Shown piece after piece: positions 18,161 to 28,376 of a stretch of 64,000 nucleotides of DNA. Source of the stretch: Dehalococcoidia bacterium (GTDB lineage Bacteria > Chloroflexota > Dehalococcoidia > SM23-28-2 > RBG-16-64-32); NCBI GenBank assembly GCA_963665775.2, contig CAXXTF010000002.1, forward strand, positions 224,001-288,000, given 5' to 3'. Within the stretch, counting starts at the first letter, position 1; each line of letters starts with the position of its first letter. The notes under the pieces were generated by a model. It did no database searches. It saw nothing but the letters and a program-made list of their open reading frames with translations, and was not told the DNA's origin. The position numbers and the translations under genes were made by a program.

Positions 18161-18180
18161 CCACTATGGCGCAATAGTGG
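18161..18180. repeat. 7-6-7 site (CCACTAT-ggcgca-ATAGTGG)
   Basis: Perfect 8-bp arms, 4 bp after the upstream stop. Confidence 0.7.
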
Positions 18181-18290
18181 TCGCCCGTTGAGGTAGTCCC
18201 GAATCCCGCACGGGCGGCTTCCGGATGTAGTGGCTGTACAGCGTTGAAGCGTCGTCGTACTCTCGATCTTTTCTGTTAATCTACATCTCG

Positions 18291-19091
18291 ATGGCTCAGC
18301 AACCCGATTATTCCCTCCTAGACCGTCCGGAGATCATCTCGATCATGTTTCACCCACGACCGGAATGGTCGAGCCCTCCCTCTGGTGCCACCGATCATCT
18401 GGTGCCTGTGGCAGAAGGCGTTGCAGTAGCCTGCCGCTTCTATCGCAACGATAAGGCAGCCCCCTCCATCCTCTACTTCCATGGCAATGGCGAGGTGGTG
18501 AGGGATCACGACTCTATCGCCCCTTTTTATCAGCGGTCGGGTCTCAACCTATTCGTCGCTGACTATCGCGGCTACGGCGCTAGCGGGGGCCTCCCCAACT
18601 TCTCAACGATGCTCTCCGACGCTCGTCGGATCTTCGAGGCCTTTCGGGAGACGCTGGTCACTGAAAGCTGTGATGCTGCTCACTTCGTCATGGGCCGCTC
18701 CCTCGGCGCACTATCGGCTGTGGAGGTGGCGGCCCATTTTGGCCGGCAGCTCCGGGGACTCATCATCGAAAGCGGCGCTGCTGGTACTAGCGGCTGGTCG
18801 CGTTTTGCTCCCTCGGACGGTGACCCCTCCGCATGGCAAGAACTGCAACGGCTGCATCTGGCGAAGGTACAATCCATCACTATTCCGGTTCTGTCCATCC
18901 ATGCTGAGCTAGATGAGCTCATTCCGTTGGCCCAGGCCGTGGAATTGCAAGAGATCATCGGGTCGAGCCAGAAGCAATTGATCGTCATCCCGGCCGCAGG
19001 CCACAACGACATCATGCATGTCGGAATGGAGCAGTACTTCACAGCTCTAAGGAAGTTCATCTTCGGGACTATGCGTGACCAAACCAGATGA
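18291..19091 (+). CDS. Alpha/beta hydrolase
   Basis: YFHGNGE, DYRGYG, GRSLG and AGHND motifs. Confidence 0.9.
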   Translation: MAQQPDYSLLDRPEIISIMFHPRPEWSSPPSGATDHLVPVAEGVAVACRFYRNDKAAPSILYFHGNGEVVRDHDSIAPFYQRSGLNLFVADYRGYGASGGLPNFSTMLSDARRIFEAFRETLVTESCDAAHFVMGRSLGALSAVEVAAHFGRQLRGLIIESGAAGTSGWSRFAPSDGDPSAWQELQRLHLAKVQSITIPVLSIHAELDELIPLAQAVELQEIIGSSQKQLIVIPAAGHNDIMHVGMEQYFTALRKFIFGTMRDQTR

Positions 19092-19106
19092 CGCCATTCC
19101 GAGCGC

Positions 19107-19126
19107 ACGCTATGACCTGTGAGTGT
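19107..19126. repeat. 7-6-7 site (ACGCTAT-gacctg-TGAGTGT), reverse orientation
   Basis: Reverse complement GGTGACACTCA-caggtc-ATAGCGTGCG matches the extended arms of the 4933 and 298 sites. Confidence 0.7.
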
Positions 19127-19138
19127 CACCTAGGCCGT

Positions 19139-19174
19139 TCGGAGATGCTGCACGGGACGATGCAGCATCTCCGA
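19139..19174. terminator. Perfect 14-bp hairpin
   Basis: TCGGAGATGCTGCA-N8-TGCAGCATCTCCGA; no U-tract. Confidence 0.45.
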
Positions 19175-19199
19175 GAATCACTGCCAAGGAGCCTCGCTC

Positions 19200-19272
19200 A
19201 TGCCTAATAAAGATCTCGAGAAACGCCTCTGGGACGCGGCCGATGAGTTGCTCGCAAACTCGAAGCTGAAGC
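19200..19272 (+). pseudogene. hsdM: N-terminal remnant of type I R-M methyltransferase
   Basis: AAGGAG RBS; LEKRLWDAADELLANSKLK is a typical HsdM N-terminus, then similarity stops. Confidence 0.65.
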
Positions 19273-19285
19273 GACTAAGTACGTT

Positions 19286-19507
19286 CTACGGCACAGGCTC
19301 CAGAATGACGACTGGGATCTCGCGCTTGGTGCGCGCCTGTCCGGTTCTGCGCCCTGGCGTGGATAGAAGCAGCCTCTGGATGGGTTCCGGACCGCTGGCG
19401 AAGGTGAAATCCCACATATGACCGTCGGTGCCGTCGCTCTCGAGATAGCGGGTGACGTGGTCCTTGACCCAGTCGCGGAGCAGAGTGGGAACGGAAGATT
19501 CAGGCAT
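19286..19507 (-). pseudogene. Internally deleted deazaflavin-dependent nitroreductase (DDN/Fqr) family gene
   Basis: YLESDG.DGH..LLL.T.GRRTG joined directly to the C-terminal T.REIPVVILEP. Confidence 0.65.
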
Positions 19508-19533
19508 CCGCTGCTTCCTTTCGGTCGGCGAGG

Positions 19534-22146
19534 CTAAGCCGTGGATCTGTCTGCGAACCACGACGCCAGCTGGGTCTGGTTCGTCTCAATCCACTTCACG
19601 TTCAGCCGGATGCGCTCCAGCGATTGCCAGACGGTCCTCTTCGCGGCGGGGACTGGGTGAGCCTCGAAGAACTCCTCGACCTCCTGAGCACGCTTCAATG
19701 TAGCGAAATCACCCGTGATGGCAACCAATCGCATGATTGCGAAGCCACCGCGGGCGTACCGTCGATCTAGCTCCGCCCAATTGTCCTTAGCCCACTGCCA
19801 CGTCAGATCGCGTCCGTGCCGGTTCGCGGCGGCCGACACGACCACCATCGGGGTATCCTGCGAGCGCACTTCGGGCGAGAGGGAGCGTTCCAGTGTCTCC
19901 TGGATCAACTCCGGTTGCCGGAAACGGGTGAGCGCCCCCAGGAGCCGCATGCGCTCCTCATGCAGGTTCGCCCGCTTCTCCAAATCCCATAGCCTATCGT
20001 AGGTGGAGCGGTCTCCCTGTTCGGCCGCCAGGTTGTATACCGTGCCCCGAATGTCCGGATGCAGGGAGCCGAAATCTCCGGTCAGCCGTGCGAAGCGCTT
20101 TTCGGCTTCAACCAGGATGTCACGGTCGCCGTAGGAGCCCGCTTGCCCTAGCACCGTGCTCCGTAGCAGGGAGTCCAGGTGCAGCTCTCCCGGCCGGGCA
20201 TCCCAGCCCACGCGCTGGATAATCCCGCTAAAGAGCGACCGGGCGAAGGCGTTAAACCGGGACAGGAATGGGGCATCGAGCAACAACGCCTCCAGTGAGC
20301 GCAGATTGCCCGATAGGTCGCTCCATACCGAGACGTCGTTCTCGTCCGTGTATGCCTCAATCAGCGAGAGATAGATTATGGCGGGAATGAAGCCGGCCCG
20401 CATGAGGGCGAAGGCATCGTTCTGGAGCCCGAGACGATCGGCGGCCGGCAGTTCCAGCGTCTTCACGGCCGAGCCCAGCCTATCCCACTCAGCCGGCGAA
20501 TAGTTCACGCGGAAGAAGCCGGTCTCCCCGGCGTTCACCTTGATCCAGTCCAGAGGATGTGAAGGCGGGTCGTTGCGCAGGCTCACCGATGCCCGCGGCC
20601 CGTCCATCAGCTGGGCGGCTGTCTCCGCTGAACGCGCCGTGATGACGCTGATCGGGACCTGCCAGGTAGTCTGGTCTTCGTCATCCTCGCTGAGGAGATG
20701 ATCATAGAGGAAGCGGCGCTGGGACAGGTTCAGACGCACCTCGGAGTCGCCTCGCTCGGCTTCGACTTGAAGCAGGGGGTAACCAGTCTGCTTGACCCAT
20801 GAGTCCATTATGGCGGTGACCGGCCTGGCAGAGGCTGCCTCCAGGGCGGCCCAGAGGTGCTCAGTCCGGGCGTTGGCATACTGGTGGGCGGCGAGGTAGG
20901 CGCGAAGTCCGTCGCGGAACGTTTCAGCACCCAGCATCTCCTCCAGCATGTGCAGGATGGCAGCCCCTTTTCGGTAGCTGATGGCATCGAACAGCTCTCG
21001 GATCTCGGCCGGATTTCGCACCTTGGCTTCGATGGGATGGGAGGCCCGAAGGCCGTCCAGGTTCAGCCCGACGTTGGTGTCCTCGTAGATGAACTGGGTC
21101 CACATGTGCCAATCGCGGAACAGATGATCGACGGCCTTGGTGCCCATCCAGGAGGCGAAGCTCTCATTTAGCCACAGGTCATCCCACCACTCCATGGTAA
21201 CCAGATCGCCGAACCACATATGCGCCATCTCGTGCGCTACCACTTCGGCGATGCGCTGGCGGGTGTTGGCGGCCGAGTTCGCGGGATCATACAGGAGAGC
21301 CGTCTCCCGATAGGTAATCGCGCCCCAGTTCTCCATCGCGCCAGAGGCGAAGTCCGGGATAGCGATGTGGTCTAGCTTGGACAGCGGGTAGACGATGCCG
21401 AAGTAGTCGTTGAGGTAGGCGAGCAGTCCGACTGAGGTCTCCAGGGCGAACCGTCCCTGCTCCTCACTGCCGCGGGTTGCCCATACCCTTACCACAGTGC
21501 CGTTCGCTGCTGTCGACTCCACCGAGGCGAAGTCCCCGACGATGAAGGCCAGAAGATAGGTTGACATCTTGGGCGTCTGAGCGAAGCGGACCGCCTTCAT
21601 GCCGCTTGGCAGGGGGGTCTCCCCCTCCACATTCGTATTCGAGATTGCGGCCAGATCGGCTGGGACGATCAGAGTCACGTCAAAGATCGCCTTGATGTCT
21701 GGCTCATCCCAGCACGGGAACGCGCGACGGGCATCCGTCGCCTCGAACTGAGTCGTCGCTATGAGGCGCTGCTGGCCCTGGCCGTCCGCATACTGACTCC
21801 GGTAAAACCCCCGGAGCTGGTCGTTGAGCGTGCCGCTGAACTGGATACTGAGCTTGGCGTCTCCCCTGGGAATCGTGTCGCTAAAGGAGAAGCTGACGGT
21901 CTCGTGGGTTTCGTCCAGGTCGATGCTTGTGGCTGACTGCGTTACGCCTCCTGTGGGGACGATCTGCGCGCCGGCGATCTGGAGCTCCGCCGCGTTGATC
22001 GTGATCTGAGTGGTGGGGGCTGCCACCTCTATGTCTATGATCTCCTCGCCCTTGAAGGAGAACCCTTTCAGATCCACAGTGAGAGTGAGGCTGTATCTTG
22101 TGGGGCGTGCGTCTGAGGGCAGCCGAAAGGGAGAGGGTGTGGCCAT
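19534..22146 (-). CDS. pepN: M1 family aminopeptidase N (puromycin-sensitive type)
   Basis: TQFE, GAMEN, HEMAH-x18-E motifs, ERAP1-like C-terminus. Confidence 0.95.
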   Translation of the reverse strand: MATPSPFRLPSDARPTRYSLTLTVDLKGFSFKGEEIIDIEVAAPTTQITINAAELQIAGAQIVPTGGVTQSATSIDLDETHETVSFSFSDTIPRGDAKLSIQFSGTLNDQLRGFYRSQYADGQGQQRLIATTQFEATDARRAFPCWDEPDIKAIFDVTLIVPADLAAISNTNVEGETPLPSGMKAVRFAQTPKMSTYLLAFIVGDFASVESTAANGTVVRVWATRGSEEQGRFALETSVGLLAYLNDYFGIVYPLSKLDHIAIPDFASGAMENWGAITYRETALLYDPANSAANTRQRIAEVVAHEMAHMWFGDLVTMEWWDDLWLNESFASWMGTKAVDHLFRDWHMWTQFIYEDTNVGLNLDGLRASHPIEAKVRNPAEIRELFDAISYRKGAAILHMLEEMLGAETFRDGLRAYLAAHQYANARTEHLWAALEAASARPVTAIMDSWVKQTGYPLLQVEAERGDSEVRLNLSQRRFLYDHLLSEDDEDQTTWQVPISVITARSAETAAQLMDGPRASVSLRNDPPSHPLDWIKVNAGETGFFRVNYSPAEWDRLGSAVKTLELPAADRLGLQNDAFALMRAGFIPAIIYLSLIEAYTDENDVSVWSDLSGNLRSLEALLLDAPFLSRFNAFARSLFSGIIQRVGWDARPGELHLDSLLRSTVLGQAGSYGDRDILVEAEKRFARLTGDFGSLHPDIRGTVYNLAAEQGDRSTYDRLWDLEKRANLHEERMRLLGALTRFRQPELIQETLERSLSPEVRSQDTPMVVVSAAANRHGRDLTWQWAKDNWAELDRRYARGGFAIMRLVAITGDFATLKRAQEVEEFFEAHPVPAAKRTVWQSLERIRLNVKWIETNQTQLASWFADRSTA

Positions 22147-22501
22147 AGGTTATCTTCCCTTAACTATACCGGTCATGCGAGAGGTAGTAGCCCGGGCCGC
22201 CGTGCGCGGACCCACCGCCTCGTGGGCTTTGTGCATCCTTGCGGCCCTCTCGGGTGCCTATGTTTCTAGCAGGCAGATTATATAGCGCCCCTCCGAAGCT
22301 GAGTCAATGGCGTGTCCCGACTCCTGCCACCGGTACATGTTGTACGTCGTGGGGCAGCTATTCCCTATCCAAAGTCAGGAATCCCTCTTAGCTCCAACGC
22401 AGCACCTGCCATGGCTGAAGCCAAAGATATGCGAAAGTGAGGCGGATCAAGTGGGTATAGACTATCCCGATTCCTGCCTTCATCGCTCGGTCGCGTACGA
22501 T

Positions 22502-22521
22502 GCACTATCCACACATAGTGT
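22502..22521. repeat. 7-6-7 site (GCACTAT-ccacac-ATAGTGT)
   Basis: Intergenic; matches consensus. Confidence 0.7.
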
Positions 22522-22582
22522 TGCTTCGGCGGTGAGCTGACCAGACTCGTCGGCGGCCTCGGAGGGTTTCTGGCTCTGAGCC

Positions 22583-23452
22583 TTAGCCGTCCGCTAAGAA
22601 CGCCTCCACTACCTCCAAGAAGCGGTCCAGCTGTTCGTGGTGGACCCAGTGACCAGCGCCCTCGATAACTGCCGAGCGATAGAAGGGGAGTGCGCGGGCT
22701 CTTGCCTGCCACTCCGGATGAGCGGACCAGCTCTCGCCTCCAGCTACGAGCAGCACGGGCGCTCGAATGTTGGCCCAAAGCTCCTCGCCCCCGTCAGGGT
22801 GCAGACCGCCTGCGACGAGGTAGTTATCAAACTTCCACGAGTAGGTGCCGTCTTCGTTTTTCCGGATGCCATGAAGGGCCAAATGGCGAGCGATACCGGG
22901 GCTGACTCGCGGGTTCACCTCAATTATTCGGCGAGTAGCTTCCTCTACGGAAACATGCCTGCGCAATCGTCGTCGCTCCCCGTGGCGCCTGCTGTCGATC
23001 CAATGCCGCATTCGTGCAGGGGGAGCCATGCCGTCCGGGCTGTGAGCGACCACGGGAGGGCCGAGTCCCTCGACCGCTATCACTTTCGACACTCTCTCCG
23101 GAAATACTCCGGCATACTGCAGGGCGATATTTCCGCCGCGGGAGTAACCCATGATGGCAAGTGAACCCTCAATCGTTTCCGCTAGAGTCGCAATGTCCAA
23201 GACAAAATCAGGTGTCCCGTAGGAGCCATCTGTAACCCACTCACTATCGCCATGACCCCTAAGATCGGGAGCGTAGATCGTATAGCGGTTCTTGAGCGTC
23301 CGCGCCACGAAATCCCAGCTTCTGCAGTGCTCCCTGCTGCCATGGATAAGCAGGAGCGGAGGGCCGCCGCTTTCACGCCATACCACGTAGTGCAGCCGGA
23401 GCCGCTGAGATTCATAGAAGTGCGACTCGGGCTCATCGAGGCCGAAGCGCAT
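22583..23452 (-). CDS. Alpha/beta hydrolase
   Basis: DLRGHGDS, GYSRG and AGHWVH motifs. Confidence 0.9.
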   Translation of the reverse strand: MRFGLDEPESHFYESQRLRLHYVVWRESGGPPLLLIHGSREHCRSWDFVARTLKNRYTIYAPDLRGHGDSEWVTDGSYGTPDFVLDIATLAETIEGSLAIMGYSRGGNIALQYAGVFPERVSKVIAVEGLGPPVVAHSPDGMAPPARMRHWIDSRRHGERRRLRRHVSVEEATRRIIEVNPRVSPGIARHLALHGIRKNEDGTYSWKFDNYLVAGGLHPDGGEELWANIRAPVLLVAGGESWSAHPEWQARARALPFYRSAVIEGAGHWVHHEQLDRFLEVVEAFLADG

Positions 23453-23525
23453 GGAATGTCACCCTAATCTTCATGTCATCATATTGATGGAAACGTCTGG
23501 GGTGGAGAATAACATATCTGGGGGG

Positions 23526-23545
23526 AGGCTATGCAGACATAGTGG
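23526..23545. repeat. 7-6-7 site (AGGCTAT-gcagac-ATAGTGG)
   Basis: Intergenic; CTAT-N6-ATAG core. Confidence 0.6.
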
Positions 23546-23744
23546 TCCCGGCTAACAGGCGGCGGCTCAGGAAAACGGTCCGTCTTTCCAGGGACAGCGA
23601 CACACTATCCGGTTGAAATGTAGCTGGGGCCTCCATGCCTAAACGATTGGCGGCCACTAAGACTAGATGCCGACTATGGGCGATTTCCGAACGTAGGGAG
23701 CGTGATCGCTACCGCGCCTCACGCTTCCCCCGAAGCGCGCCACA

Positions 23745-24950
23745 CTACGCCACCAGTCCCCGGTCCATCAACTCTCTGATCTGTCCCTCTGTATAGCCGA
23801 TCTCCGCCAACACCCCGGCAGTGTGCTGGCCTACCTCGGGGGCCGGAGTGGGAGTCGGGAAGGCCTGGCCAGCGACTTTTATCGGAGTGGCCACCATCTT
23901 TAGCTGGCCGATGCCGGGCCGTCGCTGGTCTACGATCATCTCTCTGGCCTTGAAGAGCTCAGTGTTTTCGACCTCGTCCCGCGGATAGTACGGTGCCCCG
24001 GCGATGTTGTAGTCGACAAAGATCTCCGTCCACTCTTCCCTCGTCCTCGTGCGAAACACTTTGACCAGTTCTTCGCGCAGCTCACCATCGGCGGAGGCCA
24101 GCTCCATGCGGCTCGCGCTCCAATCACCCCGACTGGCTAGGTCCGGCCGCCCCACGACCTCACAGAAATGCTCCCAGAAGTGCTGCTCGATGGACTGAAG
24201 CAGGATCCACCCGTCGTCTTTCGTCTGGTAGTATCCGGCCTTGGCCGATCGTCCTGCCTTCGAAGCGGGCGAGCCGAGATCCGCGCCGTTCAGGACCGGG
24301 AGCATCTCCAGCCCAAGGGCCATGAGGGTTGAGTCAGCGCAGGAGATGTCGAGGTAGGCGCCCTCCCCGGCGTCCCGGGCCTGGATGAGCGCTGCACATA
24401 TGCCGAGCGCCGCCATCCAGCCACCGTAGATACCGCCGCGGGGATACGAGGAGGTCGGGCGGTCCTGGACGGCACCATCGTCCCCGGAGGAGGGCGGAGG
24501 GGCCATGCCGGTAACGGCATCGAAGCCGCCGCCATGGCTGGCCAGCTGGGCGAAGGGTCCGGTCTGGCCGAATCCGGTTACCGAGCAGTAGACGATCCTG
24601 GGATTGACGAGGCTAATCCGGTCATAGCCCAGACCGAGCTTGGCCAGTGCGTCAGGCCTAGCGCTTTCCACGAATACATCGCAGCTGCTGGCAAGATCGT
24701 AGACGACCTGCCGCCCCTCATCCGTCCGGAAATCGACGGCGATATCGCGCTTGTTCCGGTTGAAGCAGAGGAACGAACGCATCATTCCGGCCAGCTCGCC
24801 GGTGCCGCTTCCGGTTCTCATGTAATCGCCGATCGTGGGCTCCTCAACCTTGATCACGTCGGCGCCCATATCGGCGAGAAGCATCGTCGCTAGGGGACCG
24901 GGCAACAGTCGCGAGAGATCAAGAACCTTGATCCGATTGAGCAGACGCAC
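23745..24950 (-). CDS. CaiB/BaiF family III CoA-transferase
   Basis: VLDLSRLLPGP, GADVIKVE, NRNKR and GFGQTGP motifs. Confidence 0.92.
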   Translation of the reverse strand: MRLLNRIKVLDLSRLLPGPLATMLLADMGADVIKVEEPTIGDYMRTGSGTGELAGMMRSFLCFNRNKRDIAVDFRTDEGRQVVYDLASSCDVFVESARPDALAKLGLGYDRISLVNPRIVYCSVTGFGQTGPFAQLASHGGGFDAVTGMAPPPSSGDDGAVQDRPTSSYPRGGIYGGWMAALGICAALIQARDAGEGAYLDISCADSTLMALGLEMLPVLNGADLGSPASKAGRSAKAGYYQTKDDGWILLQSIEQHFWEHFCEVVGRPDLASRGDWSASRMELASADGELREELVKVFRTRTREEWTEIFVDYNIAGAPYYPRDEVENTELFKAREMIVDQRRPGIGQLKMVATPIKVAGQAFPTPTPAPEVGQHTAGVLAEIGYTEGQIRELMDRGLVA

Positions 24951-25168
24951 AGGTGACCTCCTTGGTTCATCACGGCAAGGCAGAGTGCAGCGAAATCGTA
25001 CCGGCGCCTCGGTGGCAGGCCAACGGACGTCGATAGCGCAGCCCCCCGGCGTCCGGCGCGATGACCATGCGGACGCACCGCACGTTCGAGCCGATGCGCC
25101 GAGAATATGCTAGGTATGGTGACCTGTCAACCGAAGCCTGCTTGGAGCGGCAGAGCCTGGCTGTTACC

Positions 25169-25188
25169 ACACGATGAAGTCATAGTGC
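25169..25188. repeat. 7-6-7 site (ACACGAT-gaagtc-ATAGTGC)
   Basis: Intergenic; matches consensus. Confidence 0.65.
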
Positions 25189-25276
25189 GGGCCTCGGCCC
25201 CGCCATACTAATTCAGCGTTGAGGATCGCTATCAAGCCATGTATGATGGCCTCGACACTCGAACAAGGCACTGGCC

Positions 25277-26014
25277 ATGAATGCCCGCAGTCCGCTGACC
25301 GCAGCTGTTTTAGCGCTAATACTTATTGTTATTGGGGCTTGTGGGGGTAGCGAAAGGGCAGCTACGATCCTGCCAACGGCAACGCCGGTCGAAACCAGCA
25401 CGGCTCCAGCTGAGCCAACAGCCAACCCCAAGACCTCTAGCCCCGCTGCAACTGCTGTCGAAGGTGATGAGCTTGTTGAGCGGCTACCGGAGGCACTCCT
25501 AGCTTTGGAGGATATGCCGGCAGGGTGGACAGTGAGGGTGATAGTCGACGATGAAGAGGACGACGGCTCGACCATTTGCGGCGTGGCCTCCGGGCAGTTC
25601 TCCAGAGACGCATTCGCACGTTTCACTGCCGATTTCCAGAAAGCTGAGTTCGGGCCTTTCTTGGATCAAGTGGTCGATTACTTTCCAGAGGGCGAGGCGG
25701 AGCGGGTCATGGCGGAGTTCAGTGATGCCTTTCGCTCGTGTACTGAATGGACTGTGATCGAAGAGGATGGGACGGAAACCACCTGGCGGCTCGGTCCCCT
25801 ATCGTTTCCCAAGATCGGTGATGAGACGTTCGCATTCCGAATGTCCACGGTGACGTTCCTCGGCGCTGTGGAATTGGATTTCATTACTTGGCGACGGCAG
25901 GACATTGTTGTCGTGATAGCGCATACTAGCATCGGATTTGAGGGCATCGATGGAGAACAAACCGAGGCATTCGTGCGGCGCGCAGACGAGAAGTTGAGAG
26001 CTTTCTTGGATTAG
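25277..26014 (+). CDS. Hypothetical lipoprotein
   Basis: IGAC lipobox, P/T linker. Confidence 0.8.
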   Translation: MNARSPLTAAVLALILIVIGACGGSERAATILPTATPVETSTAPAEPTANPKTSSPAATAVEGDELVERLPEALLALEDMPAGWTVRVIVDDEEDDGSTICGVASGQFSRDAFARFTADFQKAEFGPFLDQVVDYFPEGEAERVMAEFSDAFRSCTEWTVIEEDGTETTWRLGPLSFPKIGDETFAFRMSTVTFLGAVELDFITWRRQDIVVVIAHTSIGFEGIDGEQTEAFVRRADEKLRAFLD

Positions 26015-26105
26015 GCGCCGCAGCGTTCCTCACCTCGTCTGGACATCAGCTTTCCCTCTGTTGCGGCCCCGCCGCCGTGTCGCAGCATGGAGTTTGAATG
26101 GGCCC

Positions 26106-26125
26106 CCACGATCGACACATCGTGG
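26106..26125. repeat. 7-6-7 site (CCACGAT-cgacac-ATCGTGG)
   Basis: Perfect 9-bp arms with 6-bp spacer, between convergent genes (could also act as a terminator). Confidence 0.55.
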
Positions 26126-26205
26126 GGTTACCACACGGCGCGAGCCAGGCCGGATGACATCCCTCGGCCGGCCACGCCAGGTCTGCGGCGTTACGCGCTT
26201 GCTGA

Positions 26206-27360
26206 TTATTGCCACAGTGCTAGGAGCGTCTGTTCCAGCTCCACCTTTTCCCGCCGATAACGCTTGGAGGGGGGCTCCAGCGTTACTCTGGGGCCCGGCA
26301 TGCCGTAGAAGTTCCCCGAGGCATATGCGGCCATACCGTCGCCCACCTCTACATAGCAGAAGCCATGGCCCGTGAACCGGGTTGCGGTGCTCTCTCCTGC
26401 GATCTCTGCCGCTACGTTCGCCGCCACCACGCGGGCCTCCTCGTCCGCAAACACTCCGGCCTTGGGAAGGTACATGCCGATCGGCAATCTGACAGCCGTC
26501 ACGTCGCCGATGGCGAAGACCCCAGAGTAGCGCGTCTGGAGGGTTGTCGGGTCAACGGGGACCCAGCCTGAAGCGTCGACGAGCCCGCTCTCTCGCACCG
26601 CCGCCGGCGCGATGTGTGGCGGCACGCCCACCAGCAGGTCGAAGGAGGTGTCGTCTAACTCGAATAGAATCCTTCTGGAGGCGGGATCTATCTTCATCGG
26701 AATCTGCTCCCAGTGAAGCTCAATGTCCCGCTCTTCAAGCATCTCGATGAGGGCGGTTCCGAGATTGGCGCCGGCTACGAGCATCGGCTGGTCCTCGGGG
26801 GTGTAGAGGGCGATCTCTGTCCGCTGCCGGACACCCCGGTGGCGAAGGAGCGATTCAATGAGGAAGGCCGCTTCATAGGGCGCGGACGGGCAAGAGAAGG
26901 GGGTTCTGCTTACGAGGACGACGATGCGACCGCCGTTGAACTCGTTGAGCGTTCGCTGTATCTGCAGGGCGCCATCGCTCTCGTATAAATTGAGCGCCGA
27001 TTCCGCGAAGCCTGGAACCGCCTGGGGATTCGTCTCGGTCCCCAGGGCCAGGATGATATAGTCGCCCTCCAGGGTGCCGGCTGTGGTCTGCACGGTCTTG
27101 GCAGCCGGGTCTATCGCCTGAATCTCCGCCTGAACCACTTCGATGCCGGTGCTCGCCAACCGTGATAGCTCGCGTTCTCCGTCCCTCGGATCCTTCCTCT
27201 CCCCTGTCATGACCCATAGGTTGGACATGCAGAGCGAGAAGGCGTGCCTCCTTTCGATCACCACTATGCGGTGCTCGGCCGGCGATAGCCTTCGCAGGTG
27301 GCTGGCCGCCGTCAGGCCACCGATGCCGCCGCCCAAGACTAGTATCGTTTTCCTGCTCAT
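26206..27360 (-). CDS. Sulfide:quinone oxidoreductase-like FAD-dependent oxidoreductase
   Basis: GGGIGG, CPSAPYE, FAIGD, PKAG and GFCY motifs. Confidence 0.85.
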   Translation of the reverse strand: MSRKTILVLGGGIGGLTAASHLRRLSPAEHRIVVIERRHAFSLCMSNLWVMTGERKDPRDGERELSRLASTGIEVVQAEIQAIDPAAKTVQTTAGTLEGDYIILALGTETNPQAVPGFAESALNLYESDGALQIQRTLNEFNGGRIVVLVSRTPFSCPSAPYEAAFLIESLLRHRGVRQRTEIALYTPEDQPMLVAGANLGTALIEMLEERDIELHWEQIPMKIDPASRRILFELDDTSFDLLVGVPPHIAPAAVRESGLVDASGWVPVDPTTLQTRYSGVFAIGDVTAVRLPIGMYLPKAGVFADEEARVVAANVAAEIAGESTATRFTGHGFCYVEVGDGMAAYASGNFYGMPGPRVTLEPPSKRYRREKVELEQTLLALWQ

Positions 27361-27370
27361 TGCCGCCTCC

Positions 27371-27694
27371 CTAGCCGAAGGTGAGGACGCGGTCCGCCTC
27401 CTCCGTAAGTCGCACCAGGTCATCCATAGTGGACATGGGACACACGGCGCTTGCGTCCATCTGACGCAGGCGCAGGCACGTGCCACAGCTCAGGGCGACG
27501 CCCCCCAGCTCGTCGAAGCGCAGCAGCAGCCTTTGGACATCCATGCGTTCGTCCCCGATGCCCTCTATCTCGACGGCCGGTCCCAGGAGGAAGACGTTCG
27601 CCTCATGGCCGCGAGACAGGGCGGCCGAACCGAAGCGAAGGGCGTTCCACACCGTCTCAGTTTCGGTCGTATTGATCACCAGCAGGTACTTCAT
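27371..27694 (-). CDS. DsrE family sulfur-relay protein
   Basis: VFLLG..V, CGTCL and C-terminal ADRVLTF motifs. Confidence 0.85.
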   Translation of the reverse strand: MKYLLVINTTETETVWNALRFGSAALSRGHEANVFLLGPAVEIEGIGDERMDVQRLLLRFDELGGVALSCGTCLRLRQMDASAVCPMSTMDDLVRLTEEADRVLTFG

Positions 27695-27904
27695 GGCACC
27701 TCTCCCTTCGCGCTGGCGGACCAGCCCCTGCAATAGAGCAAATCGACCTTCATGTTCACCTCCATAAGTTTAGGTATACCGCTACCATGATATCCCTATG
27801 GCAAGGCTGCTGTGACCAATCCGTGACGTGTCGCTTGACGAGCCGAGGGGCGATAGCCTAATTTACGCATCGACTTCTCAACTAATTTGGGGGGTATGTC
27901 TCTT

Positions 27905-28084
27905 ATGGGCAAGATGGTCGAATGCAACAAGGTGAACCCAGCCAGCGGCTGCAGCGACGTCGTTCGCGGTGAGACTGAGGAGGAGCTCCTGAAGAACGCG
28001 GCGGAGCACGCGAAGGAGCACGGGCTCGTAGAGGTAACGCCAGAGCTTATGGAGAAGATGAAGGCCAACATCGAGAAAGAGTAA
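27905..28084 (+). CDS. DUF1059-like small metal-binding protein (start approximate)
   Basis: C...GC...RGETEEEL....EHAKEHG. Confidence 0.8.
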   Translation: MGKMVECNKVNPASGCSDVVRGETEEELLKNAAEHAKEHGLVEVTPELMEKMKANIEKE

Positions 28085-28219
28085 CACCCGCGAGCCGCTC
28101 GGGCTCCCGAAAATCCCAACGCTATCAAACCTATGTTAGCGCCCGCCTGGTATGTCACGGCAGGCTGGTTAAGTCAGCCACCACGGCCTGGCTAATTTCA
28201 ACGATAAAGAGGGGATGGC

Positions 28220-28239
28220 TTACCATTCAGCCATAGCGT
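28220..28239. repeat. 7-6-7 site (TTACCAT-tcagcc-ATAGCGT)
   Basis: Shares 19 bp with the site at 298. Confidence 0.7.
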
Positions 28240-28376
28240 GCGGTCCGGCTGACACTGCTTACAGTGAGCATGCTGCGCGAGACAGAACGAGGGAGCCTGT
28301 GACCTTTGACGGGTGCCTCAGGCAGGACTAGACTTGCCTCACGGCAGGGCCGCGCCGAGAAATTAGGAGGTACTCA

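Noticed and set aside
23602-23621. Extra cassette sites (ACACTAT-ccggtt-GAAATGT; also near 87-110, 4445, 5436 and 28119)
   Set aside because: Only one arm matches or the spacing is not 6 bp, so they were not counted.
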